Assembly (NCBI GenBank): GCA_951406725.2
Contig: OX597814.1
Span: forward strand, 51,336,001 to 51,400,000
Reading direction: 5' to 3'
Length of the DNA: 64,000 nt
From: Octopus vulgaris
Taxonomy: Eukaryota
Part shown: one piece after another, positions 1-11,952 of the stretch
Position numbering within the stretch: the stretch's first letter is position 1
How the letters are laid out: each line of letters starts with the position of its first letter
The notes under the pieces: model-generated
Told to the model about the DNA's origin: nothing
Databases searched by the model: none
Seen by the model: only the letters and a program-made list of their open reading frames with translations
Translations under genes and position numbers: made by a program

Positions 1-330
1 ATCATCCTCATCCTTTTAACGTCTATTTTCTACGCTGGCATGGGTTGGAAGATTCAACTAGATCCAATAAGTTGGAGGACTGTGTTGCGGTATCGTTTCC
101 ACAGTCTGTATCCTTCCTAAGGCTAGCCACTTTAACAAATGTACTGGGCGCATTTTTCATGGCTCCACCACTAGAAAGGTTGCTATGTAGCTAACAAAAG
201 TAAAGCACCACTTTGACTAAGTGGGAGTACAATAGAGCGGAAGGCAGCTTCATGTTAGGTGTTGAGAGGTTAAAGTATAGAGAGGGAAAGGTTCAGATTT
301 GTTACAATAAAAGATATATGGCTACCAGAC
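1..330 (-). mobile_element. Degraded RTE-LINE 3' end (tail at window edge)
   Basis: Begins with an (ATC)n tail followed by 'tttaacgtc...gctggcatgggttgga', the reverse complement of the RTE 3' end at 2560-2700. Confidence 0.5.
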
Positions 331-941
331 ATTATATAAGGGAGAATAGAAGTTACTAGGATGGAGCTGGAAAGAGAGCTAAAGGTGGTGGTGATATGTC
401 AGAGCATACCCCTAAGGTACAAGGTGAATAGAAGGGAGTGAGAGAACCAAAGTTCAGTTAGTGCTGCGGGGAGAGTAAAGGTTGTAAGAATGTGTTTGAA
501 GGAAAGAGGAGAATAAAAGATGGTTAGAGATAGGGTAGAGAGGAATATAATAAATGGTAAACATAAATGAAGGAATAGTTAATGATAAATATGAATTGGG
601 AGAAGGTGTTAATAGTGACAGATGAATGTCAATAGAAATTGCTCAGGGGAGAGGAGGACATGACTGGCAGTACAGAAAGGGTGCAATAGATAGAATAAGG
701 ATGAGAGATAGAGAGTTGATGGGTTATGGTAGAGGCAAAAGCTGCAAGAGTTGTGGAAGAAATGTGAGAAATGCATAATGATAGGGATGGGGTGGTAAAA
801 GGTAGATATGAAATGATGTTAAAAATGGGTGCCAGTAGGAAGTTGCTCAAGGGGAAGGGAAAGATAACTGGTAGCATAGAAAGGCTGATTAATGGAAAAT
901 ATAAGTGGGGAGGGGAAATGATATATATATATATGTATATA

Positions 942-979
<38 letters not shown>

Positions 980-1194
980 ATAGTCAACTACTTGCAACTA
1001 AGGTTGCAAAACACAATGAAAATTTTAGGAAAAAAATAAATAAGTAAATGAGTGGAAACTTTACTGGTGAGTGTATTAAATAATAAGGCACTAAAAGAGA
1101 ATGTCTCTCCCCAGACTCAACAAAATATGCTTCAACACAGGAACTCACATAAAGAATCATGCAAACCAAATCCCAAAACGAAATATATATATAT

Positions 1195-1390
1195 ATAGTT
1201 GGAATTTACAAAAAAAAAAACAAACAAAAGATGAAGACAGGTATGTAAACAACAAACAGTTTAATGCTCAGGAAGTGAGAAAGTCTTTTACATTTCAAGC
1301 CTATGCTCTTCAACAGAAAGGAACACAGAAATAAGCAGACAGAGAAAATAAAAATGGTTTAGTAGCTAGCAATCAATCATGGCGAATATA
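1195..1390 (-). mobile_element. Penelope-like terminal repeat fragment with hammerhead-like variant
   Basis: Reverse-complement paralog of 19665-19860. Ends in (TA)n and contains CTGTTGAA-gagc-atag-gctt-GAAATGTA. Confidence 0.45.
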
Positions 1391-1411
1391 CATACATACA
1401 TACATATATAT

Positions 1412-1461
<50 letters not shown>

Positions 1462-1554
1462 AAATGGATAAATGAATTATCTTGTTACGGATTATTCAAA
1501 ATTTTGTAGAATCTTCGTTCAGCTCCATTTCTTCCCTCGCTAAATATATATATA

Positions 1555-2700
1555 CATGTGGTGACAAAGGGCCTCTCGCCCAGAGTAAAAGGTAGACTGT
1601 ATGATGCATGTGTACGAACAGCCATGCTACATGGCAGTGAAACATGGGCCGTGACTGGTGAGGACATGCGTAAGCTCGCAAGGAATGGAGCCAGCATGCT
1701 CCGATGGATGTGTAATGTCAGTGTGCATACTCGACAGAGTGTTAGTGCCTTGAGAGAAAGGTTGGACCTAAGAAGCATCAGATGTGGTGTGCAAGAGAGA
1801 TGACTGCACTGGCATGGTCATGTGGCAAGAATGGATGAGGATAGCTGTGGGAAAAAGTGCCACACCCTAGTGGTTGAGGGAACCTGTGGAAGAGGTAGAC
1901 CCAGGAAGACCTGGGATGAGGTGGTGAAGCATGACCTTCAAACATTGGGCCTCACCAAGGCAATGACTAGTGACCAGGACCTTTGGAAATATGCTGTGCT
2001 TAAGAAGACTCGACAAGCGCAAGTGAGACCATAACCTTCTTGGCAAGTGCAAGTGAGACCACAACCTTGTGACCTATGCCAGGGGTGTAACCAGTCCACT
2101 TATGCATGCCTTTCCTTTATTGGACTCTAAACTCTGCTTGTAAAGGCCAGTTGAGGCAAGTGAAATCGAAGTCGAAATCAAACTCAATTGCGAAGACCTG
2201 TTGAGGCAAGTGAAATTGAAATTGAAATCAAACTCGGTGGCTGGCATCCGTTGCTAGTGGAGCGCTAAGAGTACCATACAAGTGAGATAGTTGCCAGAGC
2301 AACAAGCTGGCCTTCGTGCCGATGGCACATTAAAAACACCATTCAAGCATGATCATTACCTGCATTGCCTTACTAGCACTTGTGCTGGTGGCACGTGAAA
2401 AAACATTCGAGTGAGGTCGTTGCCAGTGCCGCTGGACTGGCTCCTGTGCAGGTGGCACATAAAAAGCACCATTTGAGCGTGGCCGTTGCCAGTACCACCT
2501 AACTGGCCCTCGTGCCAGTGGCACGTAAAAGCACCCACTACACTCTTGGAGCAGTTGGCATTAGGAAGGGCATCTAGCTGTAGAAACTCTGCCAGTTCAG
2601 ATTGGAGTCTGGTTCACCAGACCTCAGTCAAATCGTCCACCACATGCTAGCATGGAAAGTGGACGTTAAACGATGATGATGATGATGATGATGATGATGA
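1555..2700 (+). mobile_element. RTE-clade LINE, 3' fragment (RT C-terminus + 3' UTR)
   Basis: ORFs read KGRLYDACVRTAMLHGSETWA and GRGRPRKTWDEVV, with an internal stop. 3' UTR has ~65-bp repeats and a (GAT)n tail at 2672-2700. Confidence 0.9.
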
Positions 2701-2709
2701 TATATGTTA

Positions 2710-3038
2710 GTGAAGGCGTCAGGCTTACAATCATGAGGTAGTGAATTCAATTTTCAGACTGGGCTGTGTGTTGTGTTGTGTTCTTGAACAAAATACTTTA
2801 TTTCATGTTGCTCCACTTCATTCAGCTGTAGAAATGAGTTGCAACATCACTGGTGCCAAGCTGTATCAGCCTTTGCTTTTCCCTAACGTCAGTGATATGG
2901 AGAGGCGGGGTTGGTATGCATGGGCAACTGCTGGTCTTCCATAATCAACCCTGCTTGGACTTGTGTCTCAGAGGACTTTCTAGGTGCAATCCCATAGTAA
3001 TTCATGACCGGTGGGGGGGGGGGGGTCTTTGCCCTTCG
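2710..3038 (+). mobile_element. tRNA/CORE-like SINE (degraded)
   Basis: Block 'ttcttgaacaaaatacttt...ctccacttcattcagctgtagaaatgagt' is shared with 28200-28515(-) and 54768-55097(+). Confidence 0.6.
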
Positions 3039-3070
3039 TATATATATATATATAGATAGATATAGATATA

Positions 3071-3660
3071 CAGGGTGCAGTGAATAAATTAAATTACGCA
3101 AAAATGAAAATAACACTGACATCTCATTTTAACAGATATATTTACCAAAATTACATAAAAATATCTTGAAATACTAAAGAGCAAATTGGTTTTAACCATG
3201 GCCTCCAGACAACTTCGGAATCTCCTGCAACTCTTCTGGATGATCTCCTTGTTTAAGCTGGTGAATGCTACGATAATCTTGCCTTCAGTTCATCTTTGGT
3301 ATTACAAGGTACTTAGTTGGTCTTTCGCTCAACTGCCTCCCACACATAATAATCAAGGGGGTTGCAGTCCAGGAAGTTAGGTGGCCAGATGTTAGGGGTG
3401 ATGTGGTCGCAGAAATTGTCTGACAACCATGACTGGGTTCTGCTTGTGTGACATGGTGCAGAGTCCTGCTGCTAGACATAAAGTCTCCCTGCCGTCAGCC
3501 TCGTCACCTAAGGCAGCACTACCTTCTCTGGGCACTTGATGTAGGCCCCTGTTTTGAGTCTGAGGCTGTGTGGGAAGATGGTTGGAGGCATAATGTCGCC
3601 ATCACTAGTGGTCACTCTAAACACCATGATATTGACTGGATGTTTGATTTTTATCACTCT
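3071..3660 (-). mobile_element. Tc1/mariner (maT-like) transposon 3' fragment
   Basis: TA|CAGGGTG terminus. Frameshifted minus-strand peptide APCHTS...WPPNFLDCNPLDYYVWEAVERKT, with D as the third catalytic residue. Confidence 0.8.
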
Positions 3661-3854
3661 AACTACACGTCTATTTTCTCATATTATTATTATAATAAAC
3701 ATATATATATATATAAACGATGGTTTATATAGTTATCTTGCAGTTGAGTATTAAATGTAATGTTCAATATTATTTGTATAGGTAACTAATAACTAACCAG
3801 TACTTTCATTGGATTTTGCTATCCCTGAATGAGGTTTGTAACCTTTAATTGTAC

Positions 3855-3998
<144 letters not shown>

Positions 3999-4083
3999 TT
4001 AGAGACAAAACCACTATTTTGCAAAACAAACAAGGAAAGACTTAATCAATACATAAAATTTTAATAAAAAGTCAAAAAAACCG

Positions 4084-4126
4084 CCACTACAATTGTTTCT
4101 TGTCCTGATCGACAATCTTCAGGTGG
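4084..4126 (-). ncRNA. Minimal type I hammerhead ribozyme (Penelope-type)
   Basis: Minus strand: ccac-CTGAAGA-ttgtc(gatcag)gacaa-GAAAC-aatt-GTA-gtgg. Stems I and II pair perfectly; stem III is the palindrome ACAATTGT. Confidence 0.85.
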
Positions 4127-5060
4127 ACTTCCAATTTTCAAGTCAGTTTCAAATTATGAAGTGAAATTAAATTCTATCCGTTAAAAACGTCAAACAAAAT
4201 TACGTTACCATAGGAACCTAACATATGTATAAAAAGTATTCCCGCTTTTCAAGTCAGTTTCAAATTATGTATATATAGAAGGCAGGATGTGTGTGTGTGT
4301 GTGTGTGAATGTAGTTTATGCACGTCCACAAATTAGCACGCATGTTGCACCAATTTTAGAACATTCATCATGACCCTAGCTGTATTTTTGTCAACTTATT
4401 TTTACCAGAGGCACCAGTAAATAGCAGTAAAAATAAATTTTCAACCAATACACCTCCATTGCTTCCTATTGTAAACACACTGACCACACACTATATACAT
4501 TCTTCTATTGACAAAACCTATAGTAGCTGCCACATTTCTTCCCCTCTCTTTCTTACTTTTTTCATGCACATATATTTTCTTTCTCCCATTGACCAAAATC
4601 ATTCCCCAACCCTCTCCCTCCATTTATATATATATATATATATATATTTGCTAATATCACTCCCCTGCTATTTTCTGTGAATGCTACCAGTCAAGTAACC
4701 TTAAATTCGTCACTCTATCTTGCTTTATTCATACACACTTTCTTTTTCCCTTTGAAATAAAAATATTTCCCTACCCTCTTCCCTCCATCTTTTCTTCAAA
4801 TACCAATCCTTTTACTCAATTCTTTAACTCAGCCAAAACAGCTCCATTGTTTTAATACCAGTCAAGTGACCTTGTTTAAATTCTTCCTTCTTCTCATTCC
4901 CTTATATTTTCTCCTTTTTCCCTTATTCAAATACTTATTTCTCCCTACATTTATATACCCCTCTCATACTGTGCTCTCCACACATTCTGACTCAATCTTC
5001 CATGTGTTAATAAGTACATCCTTGCAACAATGTAACCATTAATTTAATCAAGATATCCTT

Positions 5061-5144
5061 GGCCTGAAGAGTTGCTGGCAGTATACACCACACTTGGATT
5101 TTCACCATTTCTGAGGTTCTGCCACCTACGAAACATATGTAGCC
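5061..5144 (+). ncRNA. Type I hammerhead ribozyme with extended stem II
   Basis: ggc-CTGAAGA-gt..tggcag...ctgcca..ac-GAAAC-atat-GTA-gcc. Stem III is the palindrome ACATATGT. Confidence 0.7.
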
Positions 5145-5377
5145 CAGATCTTACCTCCTCCATTCTGTAACTCTTGTATTTTTATTTACTCACCCAGCAA
5201 CTTTGGTCACCAACCGTCAAATATAAAAAGAACTTTTTTCAGCTTATTATTCTTCGATATGAAAAAATCCACAACCTTTTGTCTCAATAAACCACTATTG
5301 TTTCTGAAAGTTGTTTTTTTATATTTACTACAGATTGCTCGAAGCTAACTTTTTCCCTACATCTTGATCCTTGGATC

Positions 5378-6080
5378 TTACATCTTCAGGTAGATGGCCC
5401 TGCTCGATCTGTAAAAACTCCATAAGATGTACCTGATGTAAACTATGAAAACATAAGAGGTGCAGCAATATCAAAGAAAGGCTAACTGGGAAGATAGTTT
5501 TTGTATGTGGCAGATGCTCAGGAGCAATAAACACTGAAAATGTGCAGAAAACAGCTTCTATCACATTCCAAAGGGAAAAAGTACAAGTAGTTGATAGCTT
5601 CTGTTACCTAGGTGACCAAGTCAGTAGCAGAGGTGGATGCTCTGAGAGTGTAGCTGCTAGAATAAGAATAGCCTGGGCAAAGTTCAGAGAGCTCCTACCT
5701 CTACTAGTAACAAAGGGCCTTTTGCTCAGAGTAAAAGGTAGACTGTATGATGCCTGTGAGTGAACAGCCATGCTACATGGCAGTGAAACATGGGCCATGA
5801 CTGCTGAGGACATGCGTAAACTTGCAAGGCATGAAGCTAGTATGATCCACTGGATGTGTAATGTCAGTGTGCATGCACGACAGAGTGTAAAAGCCCTAAA
5901 AGAAAAGATGGACTTAAGAAGCATCAGATGTCATGTGCAAGAGAGACAACTGCACTGGTATGGTCATGTGCTGCATATGGATGAGGAACTGACTGACTCT
6001 CGTGCTGGTGACATGTGAAAAGTACCATTCATACATGGTCGATGCCAGTACCGCCTGACTGGCCCATGATGATCATGATG
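5378..6080 (+). mobile_element. RTE LINE fragment (PHD-like insert + RT C-terminus, abbreviated 3' end)
   Basis: Peptides RWPCSIC...HKRC, VVDSFCYLGD and MLHGSETWA, with stops. Confidence 0.85.
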
Positions 6081-6240
6081 ATATATATATATATATATAT
6101 AAAGATGAATTTTCTTGTTACAGATTATTCGAAAGTTTAACTGATACCTGGGTAGCAAAAATCACAGCAGAAAAAAACACGGTTGGAGATAAGACCATAT
6201 GGTGTTGCAACCGTGCGTTGGTGCGGATAATTGAAGTTTA

Positions 6241-6443
6241 ATATAATTAGTGAATGGAAGAAATGGAGTTGAACGAAGATTGTACAGAATTCCTTTTATT
6301 ACATTCTACACATGTTTCAAAGGCCACAATTTTCCAAATTCTGATTAATCAGAATTTGGAAAATTGTGGCCTTTGAAACATGTGTAGAATGTAATAAAAG
6401 GAATTCTGTACAATCTTCGTTCAACTCCATTTCTTCCATTCAC

Positions 6444-6452
<9 letters not shown>
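6241..6452. repeat. Perfect 212-bp palindrome with no spacer
   Basis: Arms are exact reverse complements around the centre ctgatt|aatcag (6346/6347). Confidence 0.95.
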
Positions 6453-6485
<33 letters not shown>

Positions 6486-6726
6486 AAAATGTGTGAGATA
6501 TTTGGTACAGCTGGGTATATTTGAAAAAAGTAAAAGATGTATGTTGAAGTTTTGCCTTTTATGTTGTTTTGGATTTTTTTCAATTTGTGAACTTTTGGTA
6601 ATCATTAAAAATTGCTGGTTTTCATTTCAAAGTTAGTTAAGTGATTGATTTCCTTTAGTGTGAGATTATTTTGGTGCTTTGTCATCAGTTTACCTACTTT
6701 AATCATTGAATTTTTTTTCCTCACAT

Positions 6727-7109
6727 TTACTCTTTACTCATTTCAGTCATTTTGACTGTGACCATGCTGGAGCACCACCCTTAGTCGAGCAAATCAACTC
6801 CAGGACTTATTCTTTGTAATCCTAGTACTTATTCTATTGGTCTCTTTTGCTGAACTGCTAAGCTGTGGGGATATAAACACACTACCATCGGTTGCCAAGC
6901 GATGTTGGGGGGACAAACACAGAACACAAACTTATACACGCATATACATATACACAACGGGCTTCTTTCAGTTTCTGTCTACCAAATCCACTCACAAGGC
7001 TTTGGCCGGCCCAAGGCTATAGTAGAAGACACTTGCCTAAGGTGCCATGCAGGGGGACTGGACCCAGAACCATGTGGTTCGTAAGCAAGCTACTTACCAC
7101 ACAGCCACA
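6727..7109 (-). mobile_element. tRNA-derived SINE (family of 12120-12530)
   Basis: Reverse complement of the 12120-12530 element, including A-box TGGCTGTGTGG and the (GAGTAAA) tail. Confidence 0.85.
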
Positions 7110-7111
7110 TT

Positions 7112-7285
7112 TGTTGATTCATGTAAAATCTTTTGTTATTCAATTGTTCTAAGATCATATCTTTGTAGCGGTTTTTGTCCATGATGACGATTGCTCCACT
7201 TATGTCAGCTTCTTTTATGATTATTGAGGAGTCTTTTTGCAGTTTGTTTAGTGCTAGCAGTTGATCTGCAGGGATGTTGCATTTG
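7112..7285 (-). mobile_element. Penelope-like element ORF fragment (N-terminal to RT)
   Basis: Peptide ALNKLQKDSSIIIKEADISGAIVIMDKNRYKDMILEQLN matches the PLE motif IIIKxADKGxxxVIMDxxxY. Confidence 0.8.
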
Positions 7286-7289
7286 TGTT

Positions 7290-7640
7290 TCGTCTGTGTG
7301 TGTGTGTGTATACAGGTGTATGTGTATGTAGGCATCTAAGTATGTGTATATATGGGTATGTGTATAGATATAAGTTTATATATGCGTGTATGCATATGTA
7401 TGTATATATGTGTGTGTGTATATGTGTATATATACATGTGTATGGATGAACAGTTATATATGTGTGTGTATATGAGTATATCTGTGCATGTGGGTGTATG
7501 TATATGTAAATGTGGGTGTGTATGTATAGATAGATTTGTGTGTATTTATTTATTTATGTGTACATTTGTATATGTGTGTGTATGCATACATATACATGTA
7601 TGTATGTACTTATACATACATACATACATACATACATACA

Positions 7641-7673
<33 letters not shown>

Positions 7674-7680
7674 ATATATA
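7290..7680. repeat. Compound (TG)/(TATG)/(TA) microsatellite
   Basis: Directly visible. Confidence 0.9.
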
Positions 7681-8009
7681 AACGACGATGATTCTAAGAT
7701 ATTGTCTCGTCCTTCAATCTTTTCATGCATTCATTCGCCATTCGCTATTAATACTTTTAATATGTATCATTTACTAATATCTACTTTTGTAAGCTAATTA
7801 TTTAAACTGACCCTTCAATATATAACTTCTTAATCTCTCTCTCCCTCAACCTTTATTTCATATTAATTCTTTATGTAATTTTCTAAATGAAATTTCTCCT
7901 TCCCTCTTGTGTTCTCAAGTTGGCTACATATTTTTTTTGTACAATCTCTCTAAATTAATCCTTGCTTGTTCATGGTGCCCTTACCCATTCCCATCATCTC
8001 CACCAATAC

Positions 8010-8318
8010 CAGACATCTCTTTCCACCAATACTAGATATCTCTCTCTTCTCCCAGTACCATTTCCTGATATCTCTCTTCTCCCACTACCATCACTGGATA
8101 TCTCTCTTCTCTCACCAGAACCCTCACTGGTGGTATCCTTTATCATACCTGCAATCTCCTCTACCTCCCGGGACAAATGCAACTGGTTTAGCTGCACACC
8201 TACTTAATCAGCTATCCTTCGTTTTGACTCGAAAATTGTCAACAAACTACTCAGTAATTTCCATGGACGTATCAAAGTGGAAAGAGAAAGCTAATGGGCT
8301 GTACATGTGTGCTTGTTC

Positions 8319-8360
<42 letters not shown>

Positions 8361-8530
8361 ATGCATACTTGTTCTTGTGTGTGTGTGTGTGTGTGTATGA
8401 GCATGCTTGTTCCTCTCTTCTCTCACCAGAAACCCCCTCCCTCACTGGTGGTATCCTCTATTATACGTGCAAATTTCCTCTCCCTCTGTCTCTCTCTCCC
8501 GGGACAAACACAACTAGTTTAACTGCCCAC
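8010..8530. repeat. ~30-bp degenerate tandem repeat plus ~110-bp direct duplication
   Basis: Units 'gatatctctcttctccca...' at 8010-8130; 8100-8200 is repeated at 8413-8532. Confidence 0.7.
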
Positions 8531-8854
8531 CTTTTTAATCTAACATTGGCATGCTGATATTCACATTCTCCTTTATCTTTCTTTATTGATTTACTTATAT
8601 CTGAACACCAGTAATGCTTAAATTTACATTTTTACGATGTCCATAATAATGCTTATACTTACAATGCCACTAACACCTACACCTACCCCCAGTAAGAGAA
8701 ACAATCTTAACACACTTGAATGTTTGAATGATGACAGGCTGAAAGTGTGAACAGGTGTAGCATGTCTATCAAATGAACATGGAAACCTTCTTCTTTTCAG
8801 GCACTGAATAACATCTCCCCTCCCCATACCTCCTCCCACATTCCTATCCCAGTT

Positions 8855-10593
8855 TTTCAAGTTGGCATGCTGAAGAGTAGGTCTTGTGAGATTGTAGAGA
8901 TGCTTGAAAGGAGACGTGTTGATGTATACTGCATACAAGAGGTAAGGTGGAGAGGAGCTTTAGCCAGGGTCCTCACAGGCAAGGCACATAGATATGAAAT
9001 CTTCTGGGAAGGTAACAGTGATGGAGTATGGAGTGTAGGCATACTCCTTGCGGAGAAATGGGTGGATAATGTCATAATGTCTATGACATTATCCACCCAT
9101 TGATCAGAAAGACCACCTTCTACAGGCTACCTCAAAGACAAGTGGCAATGCCCTCATCTTTGCGGCTGGAGATTTTAATGGGCATGTTGGAAGGCAATCC
9201 AGTATCTTCCATGGTGTTCACAGGGGCCATGGAATTAGTTCCCAAAATGAAGAGGGAACTAGGCTATTGGAGTTCTGTGATGCATGGAAGCTATTAATCT
9301 GCAACAGTAACTTCAAGAAGCCAGAGAGCCACCTAATAACCTATCAATCAGGTGACTCTGCTAGCCAGATTGATTTCATCTTCACCAGGCTGCAGGATGC
9401 AAGGTTGCTCTTAAATACAAAGACCCTCCTTGGTGAAGAACGTACCCCCCAGCATAGACTAGTCATTAATGACTTTAGACTCAAGGCCAGAAAGATGCCA
9501 AGAAGCGGACCAATCCAGAAAAAAAGGATTTGAAAGCTAAAGAACCCTTCACATGGTCAGAGATTTAGGGACATCCTCATTGAGAAATTTGAGGAGAGGG
9601 AGGAGGAGCCACAGACTTTGGACATAGAGGGTAACTGGAAATTCCTATGGAACAGCTTACTGAGTGCCACAGACCAATTCTGCAGCTGATGCAAAGTCCC
9701 TTCCAGACCTAGAGTAATATGGTAGTGGAATAATATAGTAGACAAGGCCATTAGAGCAAAGAAACAGGCCTGGAAAGCCTGGAAGAGTGGGGGTGGCAGG
9801 GAACTGTACCAGTTAGCCAGAAGGGAGGCAGGGCGACAGGTATACATAGCCAAGAGAAAAGCTGAAAAGAAGAAGTTTGCCAATGTTCAGCAACATGAGG
9901 ATCAAAGAACTGAAGTATTTCAGATTGCATGACAGTGTATGAGAGAAAATTGTGATGTCACAGGAGAGAAATATGTCTGCATGGATGATGGTGCACTTGC
10001 TTTTAATGATTCTGCAAAGAAATAGGCTTGGAGAAGCTATTATGAAAGGCTGCTAAATGTAGAGAATGAATGGGAGGAGTGCCTGCCAAATGTTGACCCT
10101 GTAGAGGGACAAGCTACCCGAATAAATAGCACCCTGGTAGATGAAGCAATTAAGGATATGAAGTCAAGAAAAGCCCCCAGCCCATCAGGAATCACTGCTA
10201 AGATGCTTAAAATATCTGGTGGTGTGGGTTGTGACCTAGTCACCCATATTCTAAACCAGGTAGTTAACAAAGGCGTCATATCCAATGACTGGCGTAGCAG
10301 CACCATAGTTAACTGCTACAAATGTAAAGGTGATGCTTTAAATAGAAATAACTACAGGTGTATCAAACTGCTGGATCAGGTGATGAAAGTCATGGAGAGG
10401 GTCATAGCCCAACTAATTGTGAGAGAGTCTGCTTAGATGAGATGCGGTTCGGTTTTGTGCCAGGTAGAAGCACTACTGATACCTAACCAAAGATAAACCC
10501 TTATACTTGGCTTTTGTTGACTTGGAGAAAGCCTTTGACAGGGTCCCCTGATCCCTTATCTGGTGGGCGGTGCAGAAACTGGGGATTGACAAA
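8855..10593 (+). mobile_element. RTE LINE 5' part (APE endonuclease to RT), interrupted by a Helitron-bounded block
   Basis: Peptides VDVYCIQEVRW, AGDFNGHVG, SQIDFI, KAPSPSGITAKML, AFVDLEKAFDRV, with stops and frameshifts. Continues in frame at 17976. Confidence 0.9.
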
Positions 10594-11431
10594 TCTCTCT
10601 ATATATAAACGGCAGTTTGTCTGTCTGTGTGTCTGTGTGTCTGTCAGGTTGTACCCTCACCCTGACCACGGCTTTCAACCGATTCTGATGAAACTTGACA
10701 CACACATAGCCCAATGTCATAATTCAAAACTAATGCAGGGAAAATTTTGAAAAGTTCCCCCAGTTCTGAAAGAATTTGATAAATTCGACATGGGGTCGAG
10801 AATCTAAGCTTCTTATATGCAACATATTTTCTGTTGTAGTTTTCGCAACTTGCAATCGATTTTCACCAAACACATGGTGAAGCTTAATGTTACCCTAAGA
10901 AACTTAATTCTGACGTTAATTTTCCATGCAATACCTTACCATCAAAAAAAATCGATAAAATCATGCCATTTTGGGAAATCGCGTTCAAATTCAAGATGAC
11001 ATATTTTCGACAATATCTTTCACAAATTGGCAGGAATTTTTTTTAAAATTCACAGCAAGCATCATGTCTGCTCCAAGTAGCTATATGGCCCTTTTTATTC
11101 CAATAGGATACTTTATTACTGGAAAAAATCGGTTAATTAAATCATATGTGGCACACATAGCAAACCGATTTGTGTATTAAACACAAACCACAGACTGTCT
11201 AGGGGATGCAACTCGACTTTTTAACTCTCTTGGGAGGCGCAATGGTGTTTTCATGTTTACGCCCAAAGGGACAGCTAGGAACATTGTATACACAGAAGTA
11301 TTCGAGTGAAGAGAAGACATTGCAACCTACACATGCGCCTTCGTTCCCTAGGGGGAAAGGACTAGATTGGGATTAGTCGTTGCCTACTAGGGGCTCTTAC
11401 ATACCCGGGCAATGCCGGGCTATGCTGCTAG
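10594..11431 (+). mobile_element. Non-autonomous Helitron (family A)
   Basis: A|TC start; 3' hairpin cccgggcaatgccggg followed by CTAG|T; remnant RepHel C-terminus TPKGTARNIVYTEVFE* near 11258-11310. Confidence 0.85.
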
Positions 11432-11582
11432 TACACAAATAAATCCAAATGTAGGTATAGACAAACACACACACACATATGTGCAAACTTAAACAACTAC
11501 ATACTTAAATACAAATAGAATGGTACATATACACCAACATACATTCATACACACGTATTTATATGCATATATGTACATATGT

Positions 11583-11709
11583 GGAGGCGCAATGGCCCAG
11601 TGGTTAGGGCAGCGGACTCGCAGTTGTAGAATCGCGGTTTCGATTCCCAGACCGGGCATTGTGAGTGCTTATTGAGCGAAAACACCTAAAGCTCCACGAG
11701 GTTCCGGCA
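11583..11709 (+). mobile_element. tRNA-derived SINE 5' head
   Basis: A-box TGGCCCAGTGG and B-box-like GGTTTCGATTCCC. An inverted copy lies at 12716-12800. Confidence 0.8.
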
Positions 11710-11914
11710 TTCCCAGATTTCCCCACCCCCTCTCCACATCAGCCTCATTATTCTTCACCTATCCTACCAAGAACTCAAAAAACACACACACACAAGTGCA
11801 AACAAGGGAGTCAGAGAAAGGCAGAATGCTACTTATATCTGAACACTACTACAGAAATATTCTTTTAAAAAAACTTTTCTTCTAATTTTTCTAAATTTAA
11901 TTATTTAATAGTTA

Positions 11915-11952
11915 CAGTTGAAAAGGTCTCAAAATGACCGAAACCGGTACTG
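11915..11952 (+). ncRNA. Degenerate type I hammerhead ribozyme
   Basis: cag-TTGAAAA-ggtc(tcaaaat)gacc-GAAAC-cg-GTA-ctg. Stems are intact, but the core has C3>T and G8>A, so it is probably inactive. Confidence 0.6.

Noticed and set aside
10680-10700. CTGATGA...GAAAC as a hammerhead
   Set aside because: The two motifs overlap with no stem II; the stretch is part of the Helitron subterminal sequence.
11583-11655. tRNA gene
   Set aside because: It has A/B boxes but continues into a repeat body found elsewhere in the window and lacks a clean cloverleaf; it is a SINE head.
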